Counted from the first letter of the stretch, positions 15,206 to 31,190 are shown. The stretch is DNA of 64,000 nucleotides from Eledone cirrhosa (GCA_964016885.1 OZ024741.1:348316001-348380000); one strand, 5' to 3'. Notes: generated from the sequence alone by a model not told the origin. Made by a program: numbers and translations.

Positions 15206-16320
15206 GTGTGTGTATATATGTATGTGTTTGTGTATGTGGGTGTGTGTGTGTGTGTGTGTATGTGTGCATACTTTTCTCCCAGTGTGTGCATTATATACAT
15301 GAAATATGTCGAAGGGCCTATTCATAAAGTTGTGTAAATGTATAACAATCTTTTAACACACAGGCATACACTTCAATAAAATGCATGCATGCTCAGACAC
15401 TGTCGCACAGACACACAACAAATGGTCATGTGTGTGTTTGTGTGTGTGTCTTTGTGCACCTTGCTTGTGTCTCTGTGTATTTATCTCCGTGACTGTGTGG
15501 CTATTTGTCTGTGTGAGAGTGTGTGTGTTTTTATCTACAACTTACTCTATATTTCTTGTTTGTTTACGTATATGTACTTGTGTAACGTACTTATCTTGAC
15601 AGTTTATTCCTCTGACATACATCAATTTCTGTGTGTAGCATAACTCCGTTACACATTTTGAATCCGTACTAAAGTATCAAAGAAAGAAAAATATAGGTAA
15701 AAATTCTACGGTGCAAAAACTCTGTCGCGGTTTCGATTCTCAGTAGTAGTTACAATCCTTCTTAAATTTGGCTGATGCACTTAGGGAATTTAAAGAAAAA
15801 TCCTATGTAAGCAGATATTGCTGAAAGTTTTAAATAAAAAACAAAGCAAAGTGGAATTATCTGCGCATGTTGTTACTTTTGTGGATAATCCATTTATATA
15901 GCAAAGTCTTGATTAACTACGTTACAGATATATCTATAATGTTAAGGCCCGACAAGTATTAAATTGCACAGCGTAAACTTTTAGAAATAACTTTAGATTT
16001 TAATTTAAATGGGAAGCTGTGACGTTACCTCATTGCAGGTGTAAACAATTTCCATTACCATTCGGTCTTAATCACATTAAAAAAGAATAAATATGATACA
16101 AATTTCAAATGTTATTCATTCATACACTCTTGGATTACACACTCTCCCTCTCTCTGTCCATGTATATACATATATATATATATATATGAGTGTGTGTGTG
16201 TGTGCATGTGCATGTGCGTATATATGTATATATATATATCGATCCATCTATCAACACAGTCATATAGGTATGTATATATGTATGTAAATATGTATATATA
16301 TGTGTATATGTATGTATATA

Positions 16321-16381
<61 letters not shown>

Positions 16382-16386
16382 ATATT

Positions 16387-16441
<55 letters not shown>

Positions 16442-16442
16442 A

Positions 16443-16780
<338 letters not shown>

Positions 16781-16832
16781 GAGAGAGAGAGAGTGAGAGA
16801 GAAAGAGAGATAGGTAGATAGATAAACAGATA

Positions 16833-17004
16833 GATAACGAAGGAAGTGTGGTAAGAAACCAGGTGGACCATAACGCACCAGAGTACTCAATACTTCAGGT
16901 AGTAGAGTGAGTAATAGGACAATTTTCAAGACCCCGATTTTAATTTAGTCCAGAAATAGCTGTCGAAACGGCTTGAGCTCTGCCGTCAGGGTCTTGAGCA
17001 TTTT

Positions 17005-17008
<4 letters not shown>
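16833..17008. mobile_element. Family F1 mini-element with internal inversion
   Basis: Antisense tail (ataacgaagg...gaccccg) followed by the sense half-ribozyme gtccagaaatagctgtcGAAACggcttgagctctgccGTCagggtc...ttttcctata. Confidence 0.8.
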
Positions 17009-17062
<54 letters not shown>

Positions 17063-17199
17063 ATATATATATATATGATATATATATATCAATTCAAAAA
17101 CCAAAGATAACACTTCAAATCATTTTATTTTATTCCACGTTAGTTCCAATTATATTGCAATTCGTTATCATTCGAATATTCTCAGTAACTCAATATATA

Positions 17200-17398
17200 T
17201 ATAAGGAAAAAGATATAATCGAAAATACAACTGGAGTCTATTTATGAAATTTTCAAAAGTAGAATTGAGATGGAGGGTTTACCACAAACCCTCCATCTCA
17301 ATTCTACTTTTTAGTTGCATTTTCGATTTCATCTTTTTTCCTTATACTTTTACTCGTGTACGACACCTCGTTTTCTTCATTTTGTGAAAAAACCTCAC

Positions 17399-17406
<8 letters not shown>
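17200..17406. mobile_element. Family F2 fold-back mini-element
   Basis: Central hairpin gtagaattgagatggagggttt|accac|aaaccctccatctcaattctac plus inverted tails; same family at 53980-54110 and 58985-59140. Confidence 0.75.
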
Positions 17407-17468
<62 letters not shown>

Positions 17469-17686
17469 GGAGAAAGAGAGAGAGAGAGAGAGTAATAGAG
17501 AGAAAGAGAGCGAGAGAGAGAGGTGGGGGATAAATCGAAGGCCAGCACACTTGAGAGGAATTCATGAAGTTACAAAGTACCATTTACTTGAAGTTGAAAA
17601 CTTCTGTAAATTTTATTCCCCGATTCGTATATATATAATCTTTGAATAACAATAACGATTAAATCACAAACATCGAGAAAAATAAT

Positions 17687-17817
17687 TTTTCAACTTTTTG
17701 GCACAAGGCCAGCAATAACCAAGTACGTTACTGTTACTTTATTTTATCGACCCCGTAAGGATGAAAGGCAAAGTTGACCTCGGTGGGACTTGAACTCAGA
17801 GATTTGAACTCGATTTG
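17687..17817 (-). mobile_element. SINE S1, 5'-truncated, with 18-bp target-site duplication
   Basis: TSD aacatcgagaaaaataat at 17669-17686 and 17818-17835. Confidence 0.85.
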
Positions 17818-17874
17818 AACATCGAGAAAAATAATACGATTGAAATTGTATCTATATACATACGTACATCCAAC

Positions 17875-17988
<114 letters not shown>

Positions 17989-18150
17989 TTATATATATAT
18001 ATAATATATATAGATATAGATATATATATTATACATATATATATATATTATATATATATATATATATGTATTATATATATGTATAGAGAGAGCTAAAGTA
18101 GAAACAATTATATATATAAAAATATATATAAATATTATATATATATATAT

Positions 18151-18184
<34 letters not shown>

Positions 18185-18187
<3 letters not shown>

Positions 18188-18296
18188 GTACCAAAGTACT
18201 AAATACTTAGGGTAGTAGAGTGGGTAATAGGAACGTGTAATCCAGAATTAGCCGTCGAAACGGCTTGAGCTCAGCCGTCAGGGTCCTACTCGTTCC

Positions 18297-18298
<2 letters not shown>
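18185..18298. mobile_element. Family F1 mini-element with internal inversion
   Basis: Same two-piece structure as 16833, flanked by (TA)n. Confidence 0.75.
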
Positions 18299-18347
<49 letters not shown>

Positions 18348-18659
18348 ATAATAATACATTTGAAGACTAACATCCAAAGAGGGCTCGATAAGGATAAATA
18401 TATATCAAATATATATGAACCGTAGAGCAAATATTTATTAAAAAACAGATTAATATATATATATATATTTTGCTTGACCTGTTTAGCTTGATTTGTTTTT
18501 TGACTTAGGTGGTTAATGTCTTAATGACCACTTTTTCAGTTTGTATGGCGTTTAAACATGTTTAGCTCTGGTTTTTAAATTATTGAGTGCTTGCCAGCAT
18601 AATCTCTGACTTTGCGTTTCGTTTCGCTTTTCTACCCGCCGAAATGCGATTCTCGCTGG

Positions 18660-18711
<52 letters not shown>

Positions 18712-18753
18712 TTGTGTGTGTGCGTGTGTGTGTGTGTGGGGGGGGGGTTGTGT

Positions 18754-18794
<41 letters not shown>

Positions 18795-20180
18795 TATTTA
18801 TGTATAATATCGATTTACATTATGTACCCTTACATCAACTTAAGTGAGTTTGTACTTTAATACATCAAAACTGACTGACTCGATCGAATATATACGGAAT
18901 CTATCTCACGTCCATTTCCCTACATAGAATGATGATACATTTGTATCTACCATTTCCTATATTAGTTTCTCAATGTATGTTAATGCTTTTGGTGTTGTTT
19001 TGCAGTTTGTAGCTCTAATCTAACAAAAGTAACTGTAACTAGGTTTCTCACCATGCGCATGTTTTGGGAAGTTTATTGAATTTTGTTCAATATCGCTGAT
19101 CATAAAATCCATTAACGTTGTCCATGAAAATGTCAAAGATCGATACAGTTTGCCATTATAATCGTCGCAGATGTACATAATGATCTGGATGGTAAAATAT
19201 ACCGTAAGCTATTTTGACCAATTATGTGAAAGCATCGTTTTGAAATGATACATTATTTTATCCAATCCGAGAGCCAATGTTTAACTTGGCTGCAATTGAA
19301 ATCATGGAGCAAATAGCCGTAACAAATAACGCAAAGCATTTTTGCTATACTCTAACGAATTTACCATGCTAACGGTTTCTAGATATTTTAGGACTCCACT
19401 ATTCAGTCTGTATGTTCATCTCTTCAAAAGCTGGCAGTATTAGAAAAGTTGTTAAGATGCAATTTGGTTAATATTTCTAGTAAATCATATTTCCAGATAT
19501 TGGCATCATATTTGGTTGAAGGTGTTTAAGAGCTGCTTCATTATATAGCTCGCAGATCAGCTCTGGTTCAACAGAAATGCTTTCCAGATGTGAACATCCA
19601 GTTTTATTCCTCTCGGTCAAAGTTTTCTAAGGTGTTAATGATTATGAAAGAAATTTCTAGTAAATTGTACAATGACTTAGAAGTTCCATTACTGTGTTAT
19701 TTTCCGCGTTAATCATATGTAAGATTTAAATAAATATATCATACAAGATAGGGTGTTGATCTCTCAAGGGAAATTCTGGGTACATTTTTTAATGCCAAGG
19801 AATTACAATCGTATTTGTTTATAAAAGTAGTTACTCATGAAGTCTGCATTAATACATATGTGGATTATATCAAAAAGCAACGATGCGGTGTCTTGATATT
19901 TATCAATCATGGTCACAAATGTTTCTCAAGCAGCCGGCTCGTAATCTGGGTTGGCATCTGAGACTAGACTTCAAGTCAGCGTGATCCTCAGACCAGTGTT
20001 ATCACAACAAAAATCACATCAAATCTGAGGGCGAACCAGTCAGATTGAGCAGGATTGAGCAATAGATGTAACACCTCCATTTTGTTCTTATTATATAGAT
20101 TCTGCTCTGCATCGATTGCCGACCTTGGTATTTTCACCCGTTTCCTTCGGACATGTTGACTCTTCTGCGTACATATATAT

Positions 20181-20217
<37 letters not shown>

Positions 20218-23200
20218 TGCGCGCGCTTCTGTGTGTATAACGTATATATAATTTGGGCCAGAGTTAGTCATTATTTCTAACATGTGGATCGACAAGATGT
20301 ACGCTCTCTTATTAAACATCTCCATAAACGTAACGGGTGAGCTGTGCCCAACCAGAATCTGCTCAACACGCGAAAGATAATCCTCCTAGCTACCTTCACA
20401 AATATTTCTATCTTTAAATAGACACCCTATAGAGCTATATTTTATGGTTACCGGTTTTGAAATATATATGAAATATCTTTAAAATCACAAGCTTATCTTC
20501 GAAAAAGATAACTTTAATAACTTTGATAGGTTTGGGCCTGTATTAACCCAGGCCATGTCTAACGTAACACCACCACCTGACATAGGGTATTAGTTTTAAA
20601 TACATGAGCATATGATCACAGCTGTTATACATGTGTTCGTAGTTCTGTTGCGTCATGGCTGACCAGAGAATAAATAATATCAGCACGCTACACTCTGCCA
20701 TTGGATCCCGTCGGGGATTTGGGGGAATTATCGTTCAATAAAATATTTTATAACAATATTAAATTTAATCCTGCATCGAGAAAAACTCTATTTAGGTGAT
20801 CAACCAGCTAAAAATAAAATAAACTAAATACTTTCCAAGTCTCAACCTACATTTTTGGACAGATGGTTGGGCAATATTGGAAGGCTATTTAATTTAAATC
20901 TTAGAGATGTCGAGCAGGCAGACTGGTGAACAAAAAGAACAACTCCTATACCATACACCCCTATTTCTATTAATAAATCAACATTTAGGTGAAAGTTTAC
21001 CTAAGCTCGGCATGCCGGGGTGGTATATGATGGCATATAAACGGTTTGCAACATTGAATAAATTACACAGTGTATTTAATTACAGATGTTGGCGTTCTCA
21101 CACCAAATATCAAGCATTTTTATTTCGTCCACATCCACGCATCTAGATTCGGTAATATGAGCACTAATTAATATATCATTCAATTAGAAGTGTACTTCCG
21201 TCTATTTCAAATCCTGTGAAGACCATTTCATAATCCCTGGCTCGATAAAATAAATTACAAACTTAAACTGGGTCCAATTGAACTCTTTTCCAAATTTATG
21301 AACTTTTCCACATAATGGAACATTGTTTTAAGTGGTCTCTTGGCAGAATAGTTAGCATATCGGGAAAAAAAGCATTATATTATTTATTGCGGTACTTGGA
21401 TCCTGCCAAGCACAAACTTGCCTCTCATCCTTCTGATCACAATAAATTGATGTTCCAGCCAAGTAATACAGAGGTGGACTATATTACCGCCGAAACATGC
21501 GTTGCTTTTTGCCTATATCAAAAGTTATTTTTAAAACTATGGTTGGAGAATCGATATTAAAAAAAGAAATCGTGTATGACAATTTTGTGGTTCATAATTC
21601 CAGGAACATGTTTCAGCTCACTATTTACATTAGATTCGTGGACGAAACGCTTCCTCCTCTAAATACGATGAATTGTGCTTATATCCAGGTCACATCAACT
21701 TTCATCCTTCCCTGGGTTGGAAATATAAACATGTACTTCGATGAATGGTCTGGCGGGAACTTTACTGTTTATAGTGAATTACGTTGAAAATTTCACTATG
21801 CTATAATACTCTACAAGAACTCAATCCCTATAGGTGTTGACGTACACAATAGTTAATAATATGAAGACATTCAGTCATATTGTCGGTGAAAATGTAATGA
21901 TTTGATGATCAATCGAAACAGATTTTATATGGTTGTTGAATGAGATACATAAATCTCTCTAGTCAATGTATATTTTGTTACAATTAATACTATCCTGCTA
22001 GTAGCAGCTTCGAAGTTTGCTCCCAATTTAGCTATATTATAGCCGCGGGCGAAAGAGGGAACCTTTACCTGATCGTTTGATCTGGGTGAATCGCAGTCAA
22101 ATTGTAATTAGGATGAGAATATACAGTCTTGAAAGGGAACATCTTGGATAACGCTGGAGATAGAAAATTATATATCGAAATCGCATGGGAAATACATGGT
22201 TTTATGTCTCTATAAAATCAGTATTAATCTTGGCTAATGTAATATGACAATAACAACAGTCAATACTAATGAATGACGTTTTACGTGGTCGTTCGACTTG
22301 CTGGAAGTAGTACCTTAATGAGATAACCGTTACCTGGCTTGCTAGAAATGATAGCAGTCTCTGTTGTTTTTAAACAGATCATTACATAACTTAGACTGAA
22401 ATACTAGGAGGGTGATAATTGAGTATTCAATATATAATGTTTGAGAATATGAATAATTGTTTAGCACGTCAAGAACGATATTAACAAAATAATTCTCTTG
22501 ATGAGGGCCAATCTAAAGCTACACAACAACTGCAACAACAATAACAACAAATAATAATTGTGACGTTGGGCAAACATTATTAGTATGTTATGTATAGTAA
22601 CTTTCATTCGGAGCGAAATTAACAACTTTAAGATATATTAATCATATATTTAACATCTTCAACATTTAACATCTTCAAGGTTTTTCTATATAAATATATT
22701 AATTAATAAAACATTTGAACACAGTGCTAAGATATGATAGGGAGATTTGAGCTATATTTAACATTGTGTGAGCGTGTGCATGTGTATGGGGCTATGCCTG
22801 TGTATGAATGTGCGTGTGTGAAAGTTTGAGTGTGTGTTTCCTTGTTCTTTTTATATTGTAGTTCACACATATGTTTAGCCTCGCTGTGGAAACTCGATAC
22901 ATGGTGAAACCAGGAGTTTTTTCTCTAGATGTCCAGATGAAGAGATCGATCTGATGATGAGTTTCAGAGTTTCTTCCTTCATATCTGATGAACACGTTCG
23001 TATGTTTATATTACATCTCTCTAAACAATAGATATATCATATGTTTTGTAGTATTTTATTCATGATAAATGTAGCGAGAGTTTCCAAGAGGTTGTATACC
23101 TCGTTGAAATAAGAAACTTGTTGTTTGGAGATTGAATCTCTGCCTGAAAAATATGAAAGAAATAACATTTTCTTGATGAAAAATGTTTAAACCGACATAC

Positions 23201-23489
23201 GAATTTTCCATATCTAAACGCCAACTTACTATTTTCTTTTCGGTGACATACAAATGTTACTAACTCGTATATTTAAATGCATAATACTTCAAAACACAGA
23301 CCACTAGGGTTTTAGGATGTATATATACATCCATGCATACATACCTACATAAATATAGATCTAAACACACACGTGTGACTGTAATTATGTGTGTGTGTTT
23401 GTGTGCATGTGTGTGTGTGTGTGTGTGTGTGCGTGTGCATATGTATACCATGTATATAATATATATATAAATTTAAATTTTTTTTTTTT

Positions 23490-23832
<343 letters not shown>

Positions 23833-24958
23833 ACACATTTCTTTCAAAATCCCACATGTTTACATTGATGCAAGGACGTCAATATTAGGTTTCTTTTAAA
23901 TAGGGAATTGATGATGACCCTAGGCAATGGAGATAACTATACATACACATGTGCACATACGCGCACTCACACACATAGACATATTCATACAGACACGCAT
24001 AAATGCAGTCACGCACATATAATATATCAATATTAATGTCTGATTTCAATACTAGACCGTTAACAGGACAATGATGAAGGAGTGAAATTTATTTTTGATA
24101 TCTAATTTTTATTAATGCAAATATTCGTTTATGGTCACTCTCTCTCACCGCCCATCGAAGAAAACCACACTCTTAAAACATTATATGAATAATAAAAATA
24201 ACTATATAGCAGAGAATTGTGATCATCTACACGACGTGTCAAACTAAATAAATTTTTTAAATCTCTTATGATTATCTTAAACGTGAAAAGGAGGATTTTA
24301 CAGAAAGTACAGGGTAAGCCGTAAGTGGCGCACCAAAGCATTAAAAACAATTTAGTATACAAGTATATTGTATTGAATTAATAACAAAAACTATATTGAA
24401 ATAACAGATATTATTTTCACCATGCTATCACCTGTGATTTTAAAGTACTGAGTCCAATAGTTGACATTTTTCAGGACAGCAAACACTTTTGGTGCGCCAA
24501 TTCAGGCCCACGCAGTATATTCTTTTATACAGAAAACATTCAGGTACCTATGTCTAGGAGGCCATACATAATTCATCTGTATTGACCAGACGTTAATCAC
24601 AATGAACCACTATAGCATAGTTTATATATAAATACACAGGCATGCGTATATATATATATGCACACATTCACATACACGTTACTCACAAATAAGCAGTTGG
24701 CACAAACAATTATTTTAAATTTATTTCAAGAAAATATACTTAAACTAGTGGTACTATAGAAAACCTTTAATTTTGTTCATCACAAATGGTATACGTGTAC
24801 ATGTGCGGGCCTGGTTCTGTGTATTGAGTGTGTGAAATTATGTGCACGCTTGTGTCTAATGTATTTCTAGTTGGATTTGTGAGATTTTGCTATGAAAATA
24901 TAATATATTATATATATATATAATATATATATAATATATATAATATATATATATATAT

Positions 24959-25055
24959 ATAACGAAGGAAATGTGGTAAGGAAGCAGGTGGACCATAACG
25001 CACCAAAGTACTCAATAGTCCAGAATTAGCCGTCGAAACGGCTTGAGCTCAGCCG

Positions 25056-25060
<5 letters not shown>
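24959..25060. mobile_element. Family F1 mini-element, short inverted form
   Basis: ataacgaagg...gtactcaat joined to agtccagaattagccgtcGAAACggcttgagctcagccgtta, within (TA)n. Confidence 0.75.
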
Positions 25061-25092
<32 letters not shown>

Positions 25093-25685
25093 TGTGTGTG
25101 TGTGTGTTGCATTACCATCCTTGTTTGTTTACTGCCTCGCTCGTTCCCCCTATTTACGTGTCCCAACGACTTTCTTTAGCCGTTACCCGCACCAACCAGA
25201 GGTGTATGATCTTTAAAGCGATGAAATACCAATGAAGGCTGGAAGATCACTGATGAAGGACTAAATTCATTCATTTGTAACCCATTTGCAACCACGCAAC
25301 ACGCCATGTTTTCATATATATATATATATATATATTATCATGACTATAATATGATGACGAAGCTAGCCTGCACATGGCCACAGTATGCTAAAGGCATACT
25401 ACGCTTCTTCTTTTGAATATTCATATTTTATATTGCTATTTCTGTGCCCCAGATAAAGTGCTTTTTTAAAAGTACAATTCGTTTCATATCCATTTTATCT
25501 GCTGGGATGAGATATCAGTTTCTGTAGTATCTAGACACCTCGCATTTGGGAAACAAGAGAAGAAACAGAAGAAAACAACACGTTTGCCTCTCTTATATAC
25601 TTGTTTAATAAGTTTGAAAAATATGCACGTGTGCACACAGACACAAACGCATGCACACATAACCACATATATACACCTATATATA

Positions 25686-25717
<32 letters not shown>

Positions 25718-25721
25718 CATA

Positions 25722-25856
25722 TATAACGAAGGAATTGTGGTAAGGAACCAGATGGACCATAACGCACCAGAGTACTCAATACTTAGGGTAGTAGAGTGGG
25801 TAGATATAGCTGTCGAAACGGCTTGAGCTCTGCCGTCGGAGTCATACATTTTCCTA
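25722..25856. mobile_element. Family F1 mini-element with internal inversion
   Basis: Same structure as 16833. Confidence 0.75.
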
Positions 25857-25873
25857 TATATATATATATATAT

Positions 25874-26075
25874 ATATTTAATATAAAAATGGCTTCTACA
25901 TGACTAGTACTGTTTCATTCGGGAGAAATTATCTGGGGGCTTCCTGATGATTTCTCCAGAATTAAACAGTTCTAGTACTGTAGAAGCCATTTCTATATTA
26001 AATATTTATACTCTGCTATGTATTGAGTTTACTACTTACTGTAGCTACCCCAGATTGAAACCGGGATCAACTTAT
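25874..26075. mobile_element. Family F4 palindromic HHR mini-element
   Basis: Palindrome about 25874-26004 centred just 5' of CTGATGA (25944-25950); GAAAC is mutated to TAAAC in this arm. Sisters at 33768 and 51132. Confidence 0.7.
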
Positions 26076-26099
26076 ATATATATATATATTTGTGTGTGT

Positions 26100-26281
26100 G
26101 TCAGGTAATTCCGAAGGAAAAGCAAAGTAAAAGAGAGTGCTCTATGTATAGAACAAAGCTATTTAATTAGAAAGTGAACAATACAAAATGTCTGACGACC
26201 GATCCAGACGTATATTATTATTGTCGCGAATCCAGAAAACTTTCGAAATGGAGTAGTTATAATTTGTGTTGTTCACTTTCT

Positions 26282-26284
<3 letters not shown>
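26100..26284 (+). mobile_element. Family F3 HHR-bearing mini-element
   Basis: CTGACGA (26192-26198)...GAAAActtTC; inverted tail copies at 26166-26188 and 26263-26284. Confidence 0.6.
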
Positions 26285-26373
<89 letters not shown>

Positions 26374-26540
26374 TTGGGGAGGGTCATATTGTTGTAATAT
26401 GTCATATTGCCAGAAATATTAACATAACACACTCACTGTTTGGTTGGTGTTCGCTTTTGCATATTTTATATCTCCATAGTTAATTCATTTGGCCATCAAC
26501 GTTTACGACTGTCTGACCTACGGTCAAAAATACATATAAT

Positions 26541-26583
26541 CTAACAAAATTATTTCGTTGCACATCTGTAACATCATCAGTAG
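26541..26583 (-). ncRNA. Type I hammerhead-like motif, partly decayed
   Basis: ta-CTGATGA-t-gttac agatgt gcaac-GAAA-taat-TT-tg; weak stems. Confidence 0.5.
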
Positions 26584-26638
26584 TACTATTATTATGTTTC
26601 CCCTACTGTATTGTATGTATTGTAATGTCTACGCCATG

Positions 26639-26703
<65 letters not shown>

Positions 26704-27564
26704 TATACTTACAAAAAGTTTGGGAGCGCTTAGACGCAGAAAATAATGGCAATTACAGAAAGTGGCAACGAAATGGCTTATGAAATCCATTACAGACGCT
26801 TCGAGGCTTAACAGATGCTGTCACACTATCTGGTACGAAAAATTATACTCTGAATCTACCAGAATTAGTTAGTTCGATTTTTGCAGTGGCCACACGCAAA
26901 GTTGCTTTTCAGTTCTAAGAGTTTTTACCTGATGTTTAATAAGCATATCCAAGCAAATAATGGTAATTGCAGTTATATGCAGCATCTGAGCATTCCGAAT
27001 CCTCTGATAAATATATTTGCTCACGTTTCGTAAGTTCAAAAATTCGAACTTAGCACTCGAAGATTGTTTACATTTTCAAAATTGTGATTTTTAATTCAGA
27101 CGCCGTGGGTTACGGTTGTTTGATACTTCATAGTGGTCGTTGGCAACATATTGCTGACATTTCTAATTACTGCTACATCTCTCTCTCTCTCTCTCTCTAT
27201 CTCTTTCTCTCTAAATATATATATATATATAGGTGTGTGTGTGAGTGTGTGTGTGTTTAATTATGTGTGTATTTGTGTTAAATTTCGAGGCTTCATCAAC
27301 ATCTTTACTGTAGATGATGAGTCTATGTAATAGGGTGCATAAGCTCGTTAACGGGGTAAATGGATTGACACTTTATTGTAATTGTAGCATGAAGGTGTTG
27401 GAAATTGCCTCGCAGGTCCTAATGTTACATTTTTGTCTATTCAAATTGTCCATGTGTCCTGTTCATATAACTATATTATATAGTGAAGAAAGATTCGATG
27501 AACTTTATAAATTTTTTATGTATTTCAAATTCCGCCCCAAATCTCTAATATCTTTTTAGTTTAG

Positions 27565-27659
<95 letters not shown>

Positions 27660-28656
27660 GGGGATAGATAGAGAGAGAGAGAGACTGAGAGAGAGAGAGC
27701 GGCAGAGAGAGATAAAGAGAGAAAGAGGAGAGACAGAGTGTGATGTAAATGTATATACTCGACCGATGAGAAGATCAATACTGGAGCCAGGTCAGTCAAT
27801 TCGAAAAACACCGAGAACCAATCATCTGGATAGTTTCTCCATGTAAGACATGTATTTGGAAGTGATTCAAGAAAACATACTGAGATTATATGTGACGGGT
27901 TTGTCATAGCGCCTTCATTATATCTTCAGTGTTTGTTTCAGTAATATAATAGACACCCATTTTAATGTATATCGTGGGTTAATATTTGGTTTCTATTTTC
28001 TCATTAATAAAGCTTAACATTTTACTGCATTTTAAACAGAATACAATGTAGAATTACTAAAATCTTTATTCGGGCAATTTATATTGTTGCAATGTTTCCG
28101 GCTTATAAATGCATGTTGACCATATTCTATCCCTACTGTATGACCATATATGAAACCGAATATTGTCCAGTTTTTTAACATGCTTTTCTTATTAAATTCT
28201 GCATTATAGATCAATTCTCTCTGTCTCTTTTCCCACAAATATAAACACACACACACATAAACACACACACAAACACAGACAGACACACACACACAAACGC
28301 ACACGCGCGCACACACACACAAACACACACATATATCTATATATATATATATACATACATATATATAAAAATATGGGTAATATTAAATATCATCCAATAA
28401 CAATCAAAGAGTGTTTAAGAACATTTAATTACTAACGATCGTTCCATCCAAGCAACACGTAGGTTTCATTGGAGTATAAATTAAAAGTTAGAACACAGAT
28501 AATCTTGTCAAAGAACATTCTGAGAATAGCGCATATGGGAAGAAAGCAAAAATAATAGATATAATTAAGAATCAGCAGCTAGAAACATAAAAAAATACTT
28601 TAAAAAAATAAGCTGTTATAAAGAATTTAAGCAAGGCATAGCCTATACTGACAAAG

Positions 28657-28781
<125 letters not shown>

Positions 28782-29468
28782 ATATTCCTTCATGTTTACT
28801 TGTAATTACAATTATGTAATGAACAACTTTTGTATATATAATATATGACCACGGGTTTTAGGTTTACTTATTATTGATGTCCTCCCCATCTAAATTTTCA
28901 AAACTACAGAAACCTCTCTGCCGAACTGCAGCTTTAATCCATAGTTCCAGATTCTTGGCACAAATGTGCTATACCGATCCTACCAGCGAATTAAGTTAAA
29001 GTGTCTAATGTCTGTGAAATTATTTGCTACATATAGAATACCTCAGTGTATAGACATTTCAGCTAATCCAAGAAAGCATCCTTGAAACCAGTTTGCTCTC
29101 TTTTTCATATTCTGTACTTATATGCTCTGATTTATACTTACATCTTTATATTTTTATTTTTTCCATTCTCTTACTTTTTTACTGTATCCTTTTTACCTAT
29201 TTATCATATATTTTATTATTGATGCTATTGTATTGATTATACGCTATTTCTCTATATATATCTTGCCATGTATGGTTTATTCATATTATGAGGATTTGGT
29301 CAGAGGTAGATAATGAAATTGAGATCGAGTGACGCAACTTGAGCGATTAGCGGCCCCTAGACTCACCTGATCAATGAAACAATTGTTGATACCTGAAATA
29401 AAGCCCCTTGTTGTACAGCCAACCATGTTACTCTTCATTCTTTTACTATATATATATATATATATATA

Positions 29469-30292
29469 TCTGTATATATATAAAATTAGGTATGTATGTG
29501 TCTATGTGTCTATGTGTCTGTGTATTACATATAGGGGCCTACATCTTGCGACCGATTTTCATGAAATTTACAGGCTCATAGAGTAGTCATCGGGGAGTGT
29601 TTTCTATATATGACCGTATCGTTTTTTTCTTTTATTCCGGGGTCATTCTGCAAATAAAAAATTGATAGGGGGGGGGGGCACCTTTTTTAGGTATCGAAAA
29701 ATAAGAAATTTGGCTTTAGCTCCCACATCTTGCTACCAATTTCGTTCGAATTTTAAAGCAAAATATAATTTATAATTGCACATACTGTAATGGCTTTATA
29801 TGTTTGCATTGGTTGTTCAGGGCGGCGTCGTAGCCGCTTAAATATTAAAAAATACGAAGTTTAGACTCAAATTTCCACTTTTTCGGCTCGAGCTCCCACA
29901 TTAATCAACCTACTTTGTTCAAATTTTAGACTACGCTAGATCTGATTGTTTCACGTCTGAGGGTGGCTTTACATTTTGGATATTTTGTTCAGGAACGGCG
30001 TGGCAGCCGCTTAAATATTCAAAAAGACCACCTTTTCGATCAAATTTCCTTCTTCTTGGCTCTAGGTCCGACATTTTTCAAGCGATTTCGTTCAAATTCG
30101 AACCTCCTCCACCCCCTGACCCCTCCATCAGTCAACCGCGTTTCTTAGTGATAAAGGCCATCACCCCCTTCCTCCGCATGGCCTGTGTATAGCCATAGAT
30201 GAGTCATCGAGTAGCAGTCGCTAAGAACAACACCTTTTGCTCAAAGCAGATATTATTTTACCTACCCAGGCAACGCTGGGTACTGCTGCTAA
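29469..30292 (+). mobile_element. Non-autonomous Helitron-like element with internal ~173-bp tandem units
   Basis: 5' TC(tgtatatatataaaat) then a (TATG/TGTC) tract; 3' hairpin tacccaggcaacgctgggta followed by CTAA (CTRR); repeated gctcccacat and ttgttcagg...gccgcttaaatatt blocks. Confidence 0.7.
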
Positions 30293-30315
30293 TATATATA
30301 TATATATATTATATA

Positions 30316-30552
30316 TATAACGAAGGAGTTGTTCTAAGGAACCAGATGTACCATAATGTACCAGAGTACTCAATACTTAGGGTAGTAGAGTGAGTAATAG
30401 GAAAACGTATATATATATAATAGGAAAATATATATATAGGAAAATGTATAACCCCGACGGCAGAGCTCAAGCCATTTCGACGGCTATTTCTGGACTCAGA
30501 AATAGCCGTCGAAACGGATTGAGCTCTGCCGTCGGGGTCATACATTCTCCTA
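30316..30552. mobile_element. Family F1 mini-element, full fold-back form
   Basis: Near-perfect palindrome about 30436-30552, centred on ttctg|gact|cagaa (putative stem II loop). Confidence 0.85.
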
Positions 30553-30574
30553 TATATATATATTTACATTTATA

Positions 30575-30729
<155 letters not shown>

Positions 30730-30735
30730 GTATAC

Positions 30736-30832
<97 letters not shown>

Positions 30833-31001
30833 GTATATAAATATATATATATATATATACATGTATATATATACTTAAATATATATATAGGAAAATGTAT
30901 ACATATATATAGGTTTGAAGGAACAGAATAGCGGTCGCCCTCGGGTCCTTGATTTTCAGCCCCATGGATTTTATCTATTACATTCACGTATTATATTTCG
31001 A

Positions 31002-31059
31002 ATACCTGATGATATCACCGGATTCATACGGAACCCGGTCATTGAAATGATCCTAGTAT
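31002..31059 (+). ncRNA. Type I hammerhead-like motif followed by AATAAA
   Basis: atac-CTGATGA-tatc accgg...ccggt catt-GAAA-tgatcc-TA-gtat; stem I atac/gtat; stem III imperfect. Confidence 0.55.
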
Positions 31060-31149
31060 AATAAACCTTTCAAGGATTTACACAAATCCAGCCTCCTGTC
31101 ATTTCATTATAATATTATATATGTATATATATATTTATATATATATATG

Positions 31150-31189
<40 letters not shown>

Positions 31190-31190
31190 A

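Noticed and set aside
18950-21800. Possible host exons or old LINE remnants in microsatellite-poor stretches (also about 55100-56100 and 62400-63950)
   Set aside because: No convincing ORF, splice pattern or protein motif by eye; needs a translated search.
22880-23000. CTGATGA and GAAAC motifs near 22950
   Set aside because: Order and pairing do not give a consistent ribozyme fold.
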